A DNA stretch of 64,000 nucleotides from Diadema antillarum (lineage: Eukaryota), in the NCBI RefSeq assembly GCF_040938485.1, contig NW_027271450.1, positions 992,001 to 1,056,000 on the forward strand, given 5' to 3'. The position numbers were made by a program, and so were the translations under genes. Every line of letters starts with the position of its first letter. Position 1 is the first letter of the stretch. The notes beneath the pieces are model-generated. The model was not told the origin of the DNA, did no database searches, and saw only the letters and a program-made list of their open reading frames with translations. Below, piece after piece: positions 24,366 through 36,877 of this stretch.

Positions 24366-26128
24366 TGTCACTGCAGCAGTGTGCAGTGAGAATTTGGTGT
24401 AATTCTGTTCTATAAAATGGGTCTAGGATTGAAAACTAGTAAGTGTTAAACAGGTCTAAATTTGCAGACTACATGTGCTCCAATGAAAGATAAGACCCCT
24501 ACCCCAGGAGGCAAGTGTAAACATTGAACAATTACCCCCTTGTTTTAGAGAAAGTATTAAGAATCCGCCATTCACTTCGTACAGCAATAGGGCTTTGTGT
24601 GTTGTACATGTATGCAGTATTATGGGTGGACGTGGCAAGCTGTTTAGTGACAGTATTCACAGTTCCAGTGAAAGCTTGCGAAGTTGCAGCAGTCTAACAA
24701 GTTTGTTCAAGTTTTGTGGGAAAACAACAGGCCCGAATTTGGTAAGAAACTAACTTCTTTACAATGTTTTATAGCTTATGATGATGTGTGTGATCATGTT
24801 AGTAAATGAGTAGATTGTAAGAAATATTTACAGAGCAGGATTTGATTTGTCAAATCTTTGTAGACAAATGGGAGTAGACAAAGAAGAAGCCAGCGATGCC
24901 CCATGCACACTGGTCTCTCTCTCTCCCCTCTTTCTCTCCTCTCTATCCCCTCTCTCTTCTTCCTCTCATTACGTAAGCAGTACAGTGTATGTGCTTGTGC
25001 CTTAGAAGTATGGATGTATAGCGGAATGGTAGGGATGTACAATGTATTATACCTTTTTGCTGTTGCTGTAGGTAGTTGTGGTTAATGAGTTATATTCTCA
25101 CAAGTGTTGTTAGAGAAGTACAATGTACTGATACTGTCAAGCATTAGATTGTGTAACATGATTTCTGTGTGAAAGTAGTGGATGTTTAGTAGAAACAAAT
25201 TGACACACATTCATAATGAGTTGAGATCACAACTTAACGCAATCGAACTAGTTTTGGCTTTAGTTGACAAGTTGTTAGCTGGTGTATAGTGTTTATAATA
25301 GTTAGGCTTTTATGTGATGGTCTTACGAAGTTATATTTCAGGTTTTAATGCAGAAATTAGTTATAGTTGATAATTTTGAGTTAATAGAATAAGTTTATTT
25401 TGTGTATTTTATTATAGACAGTGATATATAAAGAAAAGTTTGAGAATATATTTCAGTGTTGATTAAGGCAACAATAACTTTAATAATAAGTTAAAATATG
25501 GTTGAAGTTATGAAAGTTTAAAAGTGAATTAGGTTTTGGATAATATTGGAAGTAGATTTTAATAAAGTATATAAATAATATAAATAGTTGAGGAATTAGT
25601 TGATTACAGAACAGTTAATTCAGAAAACCATAAAGTATGGATAAGTTTGGTTTATGATTGGTGAGTAAAGTGAACGATAACATGTATCATTACATTAGTG
25701 ATATAGATTATTGGTAGATTATGTTATTACACTTTAAATGAGCTAAAATGGTGTTAAATCATGTAATGTTTCATGAAGCCATTCATGTACACTTCAAACG
25801 TAAGTTTAAAAACCTTGATTTTGTGTATTATATTTCAGATTGTTATCTGAAGGTCAGTATGAACTGAAGGTCCGTATGACTGAAGGTGCATATGAATCGA
25901 AGGTCGTTATCTAAAGTGAAGCTCAGTAACTGGAAGTCCATAACTGAAGAATTGACTGGAATTTCATATTGGAAACATCAGTGTGTTAGCGTAATAAACA
26001 AGTATTTGTCACGGTAACCGGATGTCACCTTGCTTCATGTTTGACCTTGTGAATAACAACTAAGGAGGGTTGTTTGAATGAACAGTGGAAACTCCTCCGT
26101 GGTACGAGTTGTCCCGGAGGCAGTCACA
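24366..26128 (+). repeat. 3' LTR (1763 bp)
   Basis: Direct repeat of 16444-18206, followed by the TSD CCACG. Confidence 0.97.
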
Positions 26129-26236
26129 CCACGCACCTTTCAAAAAGAAAAAAAAAGACTTGGAAAGAGTTCTAGATTAACGCTGCGATGAGTTAAATTG
26201 ATGTGAAATCTGCGAAGCAAACAACAAGAAACTTAC

Positions 26237-26445
26237 TAGTCATTACTTGCGTGTGAGTAGAAGTAGTACTGAGCGTAGTACCAGTTGTAGTTCCAGTCCT
26301 GTAGATCTACCCGTAGGACCACAGTACTAGACGCCAGGCGATAGAGCCTCTCGAGTCCGAGCCAGTACTCGCCACTTACAGTCCCGAAACCATTTACGTA
26401 ATCTGACCATCCCAGGTAAAACTCTTGGGAACCGTCTTGGCGTTT
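26237..26445 (-). CDS. PAN-EGF-FReD protein, exon 4
   Basis: KRQDGSQEFYLGWSDYVNGFGTVSGEYWLGLERLYRL..LRVDLQDW..YAQY (FReD core). Acceptor CTGCAG, donor TA|GTAAGT (phase 2). Confidence 0.92.
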
Positions 26446-26940
26446 CTGCAGTATGATAAAAGAATAAGGTCCCATGTCCCTTCGATTTCAGAATTCAGTA
26501 TGGAGCGGGTTAACGTATAATCTTATTGAAGCAAAATATACTGGCATTCATATTTTCGATGTTAACCGGATTTATAGAGATTCAAGGAAGTGAAAGAAAT
26601 TTCTACGATTTGCCACTCAGAGTGATATAGAATGCCATGGCCAATAAATTGAGGAGAATTTAATTTTGTTTTGTTTGTTGCCTTTTGATAATACAAGTAA
26701 TTCAACGGTGTTATAATCGCACTATTTAGTTGTTTGCCAGGGGTGCGGCATTACAGCTATGTTGGTTTTTTTTTCAATAAAATAATGTTGCTCTTATACC
26801 ATACAGCTACACACACGCACGCACGCACACACATACATATAATTATATAGTTTTCATATCTACAGTTTTAATATTTCATCTCATACATGGTAAGCCTGTT
26901 TTACCTGAAATTGGCTTTGTCATATTCATATCAAACTGAC

Positions 26941-27095
26941 CTGGAAAATGGTCCAACCCCCTCCGTCCGTGTCCATATCGCAGTAGACGTCGAACGCCCC
27001 GGAGCCGCCTGGATTAATCTGCAGCACTCCGCTGGTGGTGTGCCCAGCGTTGTAATAATCCTTGCAGTTTGAGGCAATGCCATCATAATGGACGG
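26941..27095 (-). CDS. PAN-EGF-FReD protein, exon 3
   Basis: NCKDYYNAGHTTSGVLQINPGGSGAFDVYCDMDTDGGGWTIFQ (FReD N-terminus). Donor CAG|GTCAGT; the only phase-1-compatible acceptor is CAAG| at 27096 and it is weak. Confidence 0.88.
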
Positions 27096-27565
27096 CTTGC
27101 ATGTTGTGGGAACACGAGATTATTATGACAGATGTCCTTTGCTTGTGAAATAGTTCGTAAACAAACAATAATTACTTGTTCTGCGCATCTTAGAAAAAGT
27201 GCCGTAATTCAGATAATGGTAAAACCCACAAAACCCAATATGGAAATCGTAAAATAATAACAGTGATAGTACTACATGTTATACAATGAAAATTAAAATA
27301 AATGATAGCAGCTCTTCTTTAACTAGAGTAGCATCTCATGTGTACAGAAAGTTTCCACATGCCTCACATGTATATTTTATCACTCTATTATGTTCATTTA
27401 CCCATCTATACACATGGGTCAAGAGGGACAACGAGAATAAAATATCTTATCCAAGGGTAATAATAATAGCTAGTTTTCAAATAGCTCATTTCAGACTTGT
27501 AAAGAATTTCAATCCACTTTACAGACTATTACTACCCCATGCAGTCACTGTGTGGTTTTAGGACA

Positions 27566-27756
27566 CGTACCCGTAAGTTACCCCCTGGACAACTGGACCA
27601 CTACCCCTTCCCCTTCCCCTAATCCTAATCCTGAACATAATCCTAGCCCTAACCCAAACTCTAACCCTAAACCTAACCTAAACCTAACCCTAATCTTTTT
27701 AATTACTCTAACCTTATTATTAACCAGTATTTTGCCGGGGTAATTGCCCTGATACG
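27566..27756. mobile_element. MITE carrying degenerate (TAACCC)n repeats
   Basis: Imperfect ~22-bp inverted ends (..GTACCCGTAAGTTACCCC / GGGGTAATTGCCCTGATAC) around CCTAAC/CCTAAT repeats at 27618-27720. Confidence 0.55.
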
Positions 27757-28172
27757 AACAGGATCACTTTTCACTGCCTTGCAAGGGTCATGTTTCTCAA
27801 TGACGTGTGAAGAAGCAAGCCTTTGAAAGCTTAATCGTCATTTTGCCATTATCTTGAGAGGTTGTCCATTTTTCTCGTCAAGTGAATGGTTTCCTGCACA
27901 AAATTAGCATTATTGATGAAAAGAGCCTATTGAAACTTTTCGTCGTGCTTTGCGCAGCGATTACGGGGGAATAATAATATCGTCACATTTTTTAAGGGAA
28001 ACTGCTTTCAAAATCGGAGAGCTGAGAAAGTGATATCCAAACTGGTTTAATGTGAATACCTTTTCAACGATTGAATAGGTTCACTTCCTAGATTAGTTTT
28101 TAAGTTAACGTTACGCCTACATACTGAGAGTAATGAAATACATCTTTCCACGACAATCCAATCTGTACTTAC

Positions 28173-28299
28173 ACAGCGTGCAGTGTTGTCCCTTAAAGTT
28201 GCTGGGACAGTCGCACTTGAACCACGGCGGGTGGCAATATTCGGTGCAAGTGGCCGAGTTGTAGCAAGACGTGTCGTCAGAGCACAGGGCCTGGTCGTC
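28173..28299 (-). CDS. PAN-EGF-FReD protein, exon 2 (EGF-like domain)
   Basis: DDQALCSDDTSCYNSATCTEYCHPPWFKCDCPSNFKGQHCTL has 7 Cys including the EGF CxC...G..C pattern. Acceptor TTTAACAG, donor T|GTAAGT. Confidence 0.88.
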
Positions 28300-29028
28300 C
28301 TGTTAAAGAAAAAACATAATGAACAGCAAATTCCTTGACGGAGGACACCCCCCCCCCCCACAACAACAACAACAAAAAAGAAAAAAAGAGATAAAATTAA
28401 AGGTGAATCCAGTTGGTGTTCGAGTTAGCTTAGATAACAGGACAGTAAACTAAATGGAAACGAACAGAATAGTGAAATCATCATTAATATCAGACCAATT
28501 TACAGATGAATGGATAGAAAGGTAGATAGATAAACTATTGAATAATTAGGCCTAAGTAAGAAGGTGGTAGTTTGACCTACCAATCCCAGTCGTGAACGGA
28601 TACGTACGTGTCAGCTTGTCTTAAGACAATTAGCTATATTGTTCTGGAGTACGTGTTCAGTATGATATTCAAATACAAGGAGTTATTTCTTAACTACAGG
28701 TCGACCGTGATAAAAGTCTATGACACTCCCACTGATTTAATATTGAGGATATAAATGTTCTTCGTCAGATTTTTGCAACTTGTACCTATAACTAGGATAC
28801 CATTGCACTGACACGTTTGCGGCATTATGAAAGATTGGAATTATCATTGTTTTTTTTTTCATCCTTTTCAACGAGAGGGACTTTGTTTTGTTTGTGTTTC
28901 TTTGATATTACCCTTATTCTTTTTATGCAATAAAATTGGTGAACATGAACATTAATACTCATGCCATCGTTTCACGGTAAGTTTTTCTGCTCTGGACAGT
29001 GTTACCAATGGAATGGGACACTTTATAC

Positions 29029-29385
29029 CAGCCAATGTGACGATGATGGGCCGTAGTAGTTGAAATCGCTGTCGGACACGAAGTCGTTTGGGTGATCCGA
29101 TTTAGTGCCGTCATTGACATGACAGACACGGAGACTTGAGGCGAAGTTGAAGGACTGACTGTTAGCACCCTGACGAAGACAAATCGCCAGGCACTCCCCG
29201 ATCGACCTCACTCCGGTGACATTTCTTACGAGATGACCGGAAAGCATCTTACCTCGGTCCGAGCTCGTACTGCTATCCATGTAGGCATACGATGATTCGC
29301 ACTCGCTTCCATCGACGACCTCGAACCAAGAGGCAACGACAAGGACAGCCAAGATCCTTACCAACATGCATCTCATCACAGCCAT
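29029..29385 (-). CDS. PAN-EGF-FReD protein, coding exon 1 (signal peptide + PAN/apple domain)
   Basis: ATG at 29385 in ACAATGG context; hydrophobic leader MAVMRCMLVRILAVLVVASWFEVVDG; PAN-like GKMLSGH..ECLAICL..SFNF..CHVND. Donor CTG|GTATAA, phase 0. Spliced model 357+127+155+209+286 = 1134 nt, 377 aa. Confidence 0.8.
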
Positions 29386-30325
29386 TGTAGACACAGTCTG
29401 GAAGTACGCTTGCCTTCTGGAAGTACACCTTCCTTTTTGACCTTGTTTGAGATCTCGGTGTAGGACTATTTTGGAGCACCCACCCCTTTGTTAATCGACT
29501 ATGCTTTTAAAGATGAGGAGTTTTCTTTTATTTTCGGGACCTACGCGTTGCGTTAAATCGATGCTTAAGAGCAAAGATAAGTACCCTCTTTCTCCCGAAT
29601 AGCATCTATATACGATACATAGATGTTGCGTCTTCCCAACAGACAGGGACTATCTATGGAACAGGTGTTCATTGATATTGTATTCCAGTATAAAGAAAAA
29701 CGTTTATCAGGGAATTGTAATGAGCAATTATCAACAAATAAATGTAGGCGCCTACAAAGAGCCACCGGAAACAACAGAAAAACGGAACGAACATTGAATT
29801 TCTACAATGTTTTACTGTTTTATGCCTCACACACCGTCGTAAAAATCAAAACTATAGTAAATAGACGGGATTTGTTTCCCTGAATATCATGTGCAAGGCT
29901 AACTGCACATAATATGCCTACTGGTGCCCCATTATGAATACAATGCATAAAAACGACGCCTTCGTTGGTTAAGGGAATGGTCGGTGTTGCTTTTGCTAAA
30001 GTTTCCATATTTTTGGTACAGACCTCACCAAAAAAGGAAAAAAAAATGAATTGACGCTCAATCTTTCGCGATATATACCATCCCGCTTGTCTCGTGCAAT
30101 GGTAAATAACACAATGCCCTTGATTAATCTTGTATAGGCTGAAGGGTAAATGTTTCTTTAAAAGTGTGAATTCAATGTTTTAAACAAGAGGTCTATTACG
30201 CATCAACTTCAGGAGGGTTTGATATCACTTGCGAAGTATAAAGCTGTACCGTCACTCTTAGGAACACGTCACTACATCTGTAGACAGGTGGCGATGCCAA
30301 TGTGCAAGTCGCGAGCTCGAAACGC

Positions 30326-30860
30326 ATGAGTCATACATCCCAGGATCAGTCATACTGCCCATGAGTCATACTACCCACGAGTCATACAGCCCAGAAGTCA
30401 CACTGCCCACGACCCATACAACCAATAAGTTAGGCCAATACAACTCACGAGTCACACTTCCCACGAGCTCGACATCGATTAAAATAGGCCAATCATATTG
30501 AGCTATACGGTCCATGAGGTAGACACTGAGTAATAGCTGGACGCTAGGCACTCTCGAGGCTAACGAACTCAACACCAGGCAAAAAGGGCTCACGAGTTCG
30601 ATATTATATCACGGGGCTTAATTTACGCAGTGTCGAACTCATGGACCCTTTTTGCCTAGTGTCAAACTCGTGGGCCTTATTTGCCAAGTGTCTAGCTTGT
30701 GGACCTGTTTTACTTTGTGTCTAGCTAGGGTGTGGACTGTTTGATTCGTGGGCTGTATGACTCTCGGGGATCATGGACTTTCTTTTCCAAAGTCTATCTC
30801 GTAGGCCGTATGACTCACGGATGTCTACATGTAGCTAGTGGGATGACCCGCGAAGCCCTA
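30326..30860. repeat. Foldback-like element with ~16-bp subrepeats
   Basis: CCCA(C/T)GAGTCATAC-type repeats at 30326-30470 and inverted GTATGACTC.(C)G(T)GGG-type copies at 30745-30800. Confidence 0.5.
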
Positions 30861-31159
30861 TATATAGCTCCCCATTTTGTCAGCTCTCTACTTCTACTTT
30901 GCTGCTATCAGACCAAATAGGGCCTACCTGTCTCATCAAACTAAATTCTCTTTCAAACCCAGCTCTTGATATCATTTATTGAATTTATAAATTTTTGTAT
31001 GAGGCAAGAACTGTTTCATTCTTTCCGATTTCATTCTAGAAATTTGAAAAGTTGGTTGAAGGTACTATATATAAAATCACGTAATTAGATGATATATTTA
31101 TGTCCCACATGTACCCAAATTTGTGCATGTACAGTTTGTACCTTCAGCCAACTTTTGAA

Positions 31160-31219
<60 letters not shown>
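31160..31219. repeat. (AT)n microsatellite
   Basis: About 60 bp of near-pure AT repeat. Confidence 0.95.
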
Positions 31220-31220
<1 letters not shown>

Positions 31221-31484
31221 TCCACTTAAAGCATTTTACTACAGTTGTAGTCCGATTTTCATGGAAGTTTTACCTTCTGTCTGTCAGACTGTAACCATGC
31301 AATCATGAAAGTCTAACCCGGGTGGCGTTTCACTTTATTGTTTGATAAGTGACATTTCATAAAGTTGATGACATTTTGTTAAAATGCATGAGCACTTTTG
31401 AGGTTACTTCCAGGAAAAGTTTCAAAATTAAGACGAACTCTTCAAGAAACCATGAGTGTGATGAGGCCTACTGTGTGAGTCGCC

Positions 31485-31617
31485 NNNNNNNNNNNNNNNN
31501 NNNNNNNNNNNNNNNNNNNNNNNNNNNNNNNNNNNNNNNNNNNNNNNNNNNNNNNNNNNNNNNNNNNNNNNNNNNNNNNNNNNNNNNNNNNNNNNNNNNN
31601 NNNNNNNNNNNNNNNNN
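31485..31617. other. Assembly gap (133 N)
   Basis: Run of N. Confidence 1.
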
Positions 31618-31689
31618 CCTGAGCAAAGCACTTTGCCTTTATGGCACTCCATATATGAGGCAAATTACATGTATTTCAACAAATCTTAA

Positions 31690-32160
31690 GATTCGGGAAT
31701 TATCGCATGCCCGTTGGGCAACACCATCCTAAATAAGGGGTGTATCAGGCCCTTGTCCTAGCTAGGGCTCCTGGAGCATCGCCACCATTCATACAAGCTG
31801 TACTCCCCTCCCTCATTGATGATTTCTGCCAAGTTTTATCAAAATCCCGTCACCGCTTTTTCAGATGAAAATGGCAAAATTATGAAAATTAGCTAATTTG
31901 GGGTACATACATGTATGTGGGATCCGCCCTATCTAGACCCCCTAATGGGAATCATCATGATTTGTACCCCCCAAACCCACCCCGTGATGATTCCTGTCAA
32001 GATTGGGTAAAATTGCAGCCTCTAGTTTTCAAGAGGACGATGATAAATGTTTCATGTTAACGCAAGATGTACACCGCATTTCGCATGACTGTAGTTCGCA
32101 GGACGGCAAACGGCCGCAATACATTGGGGAGTTCACTTGAGCTAGAGTCATTCTAATAAA
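31690..32160. mobile_element. Possible Helentron-type non-autonomous element fragment
   Basis: AACAA start, short palindrome (TGCCCGTTGGGCA), degenerate GGACGGC/AACGGC tract near the right end; resembles 44131-45132 in layout only. Confidence 0.3.
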
Positions 32161-34061
32161 ACATATAGGTATATGATTTAAATATGAAATACTAATAAGA
32201 ATTTACAGTTAAGGCATATAAATCAAAGAGAGAACAAATATTCAAGCATAATCACACTTCTTAATTCTTTCCAATATCAGAATAAAATATTGTTTATTCT
32301 GCAAAGGAAAATATAATACAGATAATAGCTAGAATTTATCATGAGTTATAATATGTTATCTCTTTTTTTTTTGTCACACTATGAAACATCACATGACTGT
32401 GGGAACTCTTCAGTAAGTACTCTTTTGCTAATATACAGATAGCAATAATTGTCAGATATTACATTATATGTACTGTCCCACAGCAGCACATTATCTAGAG
32501 TAAACCATAAAACAAACCATGATAATACAAGGGTACACAGAATTTTCAAGGTGTCTGTTTTCACTTGCAATAATGTAATCATAACAAGTAGAATGTCATA
32601 GTTCCAGAAAACACATACACTGTAAATGTACAGGCCTATTAATTTGAATACCACTCTTTCACTTTATGAAAATCAGAATGATTACTCTTTGCCTAGTCTT
32701 TTTGACTGAAACAAAGACAAATTCAATTGAAAAGGTAGAATCACAAGAAATGTAGCACTGATGGATGTAACTCAAAGAATACAAGTGTTCATAATACATA
32801 GTACAAGATAAGAATCTACCTTGTCTACTTATTAGTGAATATCAGGTGTTTATCAAGAGTGTAAATACAAAAACACACAAAAAGTACTGTATATCCCTTT
32901 AATTCAATTTGAGATATTTGATACAACTTGTATTAAAACTGCTGAAAAAAAAGAGAGAAAAGGATTAAAGTATGTGTGTATGTGATAAGTATTCTTCAAA
33001 TCTAATCTTCAAAAATATTTCTTATGTAACAAGTGCAGTACCATTGAATAGAGTTCATTTTTCTTTTGATGTGATGATGTCACCTTAACAAATTTAAAAA
33101 TGACATTTATCTGTTTATGCATGTCCAATTTGTTACTTGTACTTCCTCTCCAAGGTGCAAGCTATACGTGATGAGCAGTACATGTACATTGTTCCTGCCT
33201 TCTGAAATATGCAGTTATACTGGCAATATTTACACTGGCAATCTTTATAAACACAATACTCTCACAAAAATATTCCACTAGGTATCAATTCACATGATCT
33301 ACATGTATGCAAGGTCAGACTGACTAGTGGCAGTACTGAGTTATACCAAGTCACACCTCTTGATATCACTCTTTCATAACACACATAAATATGTTAACAC
33401 TACACAATGTAATTATAAATATTTCTGTGCCTCAAATACCAGCATGTGAGAGTAAAACAAAAAAGACTTGGCACACAACCATTTTGGATACAAAGCTGAA
33501 AAACAAACAAAAAAGACAATGGTAACAATGTCCGGCTGATTCATCTTACTTTCGATGATCACTGAGTGAAAAGTGAAAGGAAGGTGATTAATTCTGTCCC
33601 CAAATTGTTAGAGTGGATATCTCATTTCCTTAAATGTGCCATTTTCATTCAAGTACAAAGGGAAAGAACAAATATGAAACTTTCTAATTTTGACATGTTA
33701 CCACTTGCCAATAGGTAACAAAGCCTTGCTCATTTAAAGTTATTCTGGATCATGCAAATGTAATACACTGCATTAATGGGAATTAGCTTTTGCACTTTTA
33801 AGTTTGGATCAGCTTTCCATACATTTTTTGTACAATCTTTTTTATTTATTATTATTATTTTTTCAAGCCCATGGTAGCCTAGTAATGATATGATTGATGC
33901 AGAGTGATTTCCATGCATCACACCTTTCCAGGGAAGGCCCTACAGTAACAAGCTCAAGTAGGATTCAATCACTTTTGGACTCTCAAAAACACATTCTCAA
34001 TAATCTTCTCTATCATATCAGTCATTATCAGTAATCATACAGAAGTGGCATACTCTCTTAA

Positions 34062-34442
34062 AGGGATTGTATAGTTTTGGTTGAGACCTAATTTCAGGTT
34101 TCTAACATTTTTTGGTGAGATAATGAGAAACCTCTTATGAAATATGAAAGAGCATGTAAATCCATGAAGAATTCAATGTTCATTTGATGAAATTTGGTTT
34201 TAAAATGGCTGAGATATCCAAAACAGAGCGATTCTAATAAGTGTGGGACCCACACTTTATTACGATCGCTTTGTTTTACTTTGTTTTGGGATGTTTCAGT
34301 CATTTCAAACCCGATTTTCATCAAATAAACTCTGAATTCCTCTTAAAATGGTATGCTCTGTACTATTTCATAAGTGTTTTCTTGGTATCTCGCAAAAAGT
34401 TAAAAGCCCAATTCTCATATCCACCAATACTGTACTATCCCT
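34062..34442. mobile_element. Kolobok-like MITE (381 bp)
   Basis: TTAA|AGGGAT...ATCCCT|TTAA. Confidence 0.85.
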
Positions 34443-34699
34443 TTAAGCTACAAGAGGCTCAGTTGCTTGGGACATTACAACAAATCATTTTCTTCCATGT
34501 AAATGAATACGTAGTTTCTAAAGTGTACATGTTCAATGCACTAGAAACAAAGTGAGAAGCCAATGTTTATTACATACTGAAACAATCTGCACAGCTGCCT
34601 TAAACACAGGCAGCATACGTTACTTGACATTACAACACAATTTCGCTTTCCTAGTCCGTTATCAAATATCTATAGAATCTAAAATATTTCCAGACTTAA

Positions 34700-34779
34700 C
34701 CCGTACAGACTGATTTTGCTACAATACGCATTTCCCATAGACACCTGCCCGAGTATACTTGGGACTCGTCCTCAACGGG
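34700..34779. mobile_element. 80-bp piggyBac-like mini element
   Basis: TTAA|CCCGT...ACGGG|TTAA. Confidence 0.6.
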
Positions 34780-35301
34780 TTAATATGACCTTTGTCAGAA
34801 TGCATACAAGCATTCACACATATTAGACTAACAAACATGTACAAAGACATTCTGATTATTCTATTAGCCTAACATTAATAACTGCTCAACTTCTGGCTAA
34901 ATGGTTTCCAAATAGTATACAATTTTCATTTTTTAACATTAGTTCCTGTACTGCAAAGTTCACAGTGGCCTCATTATTGTCTTTGATGCTGCTACAATGT
35001 AATTCTGAACACACACCTCTGCTTAAAAAGTACTCACTCTGCCATTGGCTGATGAGATGACTGGATCACAGAAGACAAAAATCACACAATTAGAATATTC
35101 TGAGGGGTTGTTATAAATCATCTGCTATTTGAGGCTACATAAACCATTATATACACACTAACTATTAGCCTACATGTCATAACTAATGCACACAAAGAAA
35201 GAAGTCTGTGGTTTGCGGTTGTTTCCCACATAAAGAGTTGCAATCGCAAGTTACTTCTATACATGGCTAGATATTGATTTATGATTATTGGTAGTATCAA
35301 A

Positions 35302-35722
35302 GGGTGCGTTCGAGTGCTCTATAAAGTGAACCAAAGTGAACCGAACCAAAGCGTACCATACTGAACTGTGCCAGTTTTATGAGCATTCAAACACTTTGTT
35401 GAAAAAGCGTACCTCACAATTAATTTTTAGAAAAGGTCACACATTTTTGTTGCAAGAATGTCATTCACCTGGTGCTTGAACTACTTACAGCTGTCCTGAA
35501 CAAAGAGAATGATGTCTTTGCATTGTGACGTATGTGCATAATACGCACATGCTTTACAAGGAACTTTTGGTACGCTTTGGTACGCTTTTGGAGCACATCG
35601 GGAAGTGGTCCACTTTTGGCTCGGTACAGTATGGTACGGTACGCTTTAGGAGCGTTCGAGCGCTCCTCTGGCGCTGGTACGGTACAGTACAGTTCACTTT
35701 ACAAGAGCGCTCGAACGCACCC
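35302..35722. mobile_element. PIF/Harbinger-like MITE
   Basis: 19-bp TIR GGGTGCGTTCGAG(T/C)GCTCT with internal inverted GTACCA/GGTAC repeats; TSD not preserved. Confidence 0.7.
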
Positions 35723-36877
35723 CATTGTTGCAGTAAACTGCAATTACTGCAACTCTATAGATGGCTCACATTAAATAGTAAGTATGCTGTGATCACACAA
35801 CATGCAGTCTCAATGAGAGCTTGATTGCCAATACTTATGGACCTTATACACAATTCTCTTACCTCCACTGACAAGCTTGCAAAAATACAACAAATTGATG
35901 GCACTTCGCAGTGCTCACTCTCAAAAGCCATGAGAGGGAATCAAGACATCTTCACTCTCAACAGACGATATAAATATTTCATATTTTACTTTCTCCCTCA
36001 TTCTCCTTATGACAGGCTGCACGTACAGGGTGGTTGACATGCTAAGGGTTTTCTGCTTCAAACATGGATGAAACTAAAACTGACAATGCATCATAATGTT
36101 AATGTTGACATGCTAACCACCCTTGAAGACCTGGGCGCATGGGAATACATACCATAGAGTGGGGAGGCTGGCCTGGCTCGGACATATTCGAGAATGATAA
36201 TAATGAATTGTGTACAGCTTTATCACTGATGTGATGATCTCTATGTAAGTACACACACAGCCAAAGAATCTTGACTGGAGTCAGCCATTACCGATGAGCG
36301 TGTGCTTTGATGCAGATATTCGCTGACCATTACTAATACTATTTGTGGTTTTTCAACAATATGAATCCCCAACGATATGAATTTCAACTCATGAATCCCC
36401 TCCTACTTGTTTGTTAATGCTTGACCATGACCACAGATTCCTTCTATTGAGTAATGGGTTACTTTTTCAAAGTAAGAGTGTAAACACACACACACAGACA
36501 GACACGGACACACACAAATAGGGAAAAGATGTGATGAAGACAGATCTCCATCAACCGTAACGAATTCACATAAGCGCTGTTAAAGCCCTGTGTGTCTGAA
36601 ATTTTGTCATCCAATAGGGTTGTACGCACAGAATGAACAAAAAATAAATACACTACCAGTGCCACCACCAGAGGTATTTACACCTTCCGGTGACTTAAAT
36701 GCCATGACAGAAATTCTGATTGTATTTGCACATTTACAAGACATGTAAAGAGCAGTCAAATAATAAAGCTGTTTACCTCTCTATAACACCAAAAAATATA
36801 TTTCCAATGTATTTTTAGCTTTGCCGTCTCTCTAGAATCTCTTTGGCAGTCCTACACCACACAGACAGCATGGGGCA

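Larger units (their letters stand above)
16444..26128 (+). mobile_element. Full-length BEL/Pao LTR retrotransposon (9685 bp)
   Basis: TG...CA LTRs at 16444-18206 and 24366-26128; 5-bp TSD CCACG at 16439-16443 and 26129-26133; PPT-like AAAGGAGCCA before the 3' LTR; single Gag-Pol ORF. Confidence 0.97.

Noticed and set aside
26247-26253. GC-AG donor (CAC|GCAAGT) for FReD exon 4
   Set aside because: It is phase 0 and incompatible with the phase-2 acceptor of exon 5; the GTAAGT donor at 26236 fits.
31349-31732. ORFs spanning the N run
   Set aside because: Artefacts of the assembly gap.
36460-36482. TTTTT..AAGAGTGTA as the right TIR partner of the 4908 foldback
   Set aside because: It is 31 kb away with no shared TSD; more likely an independent fragment.
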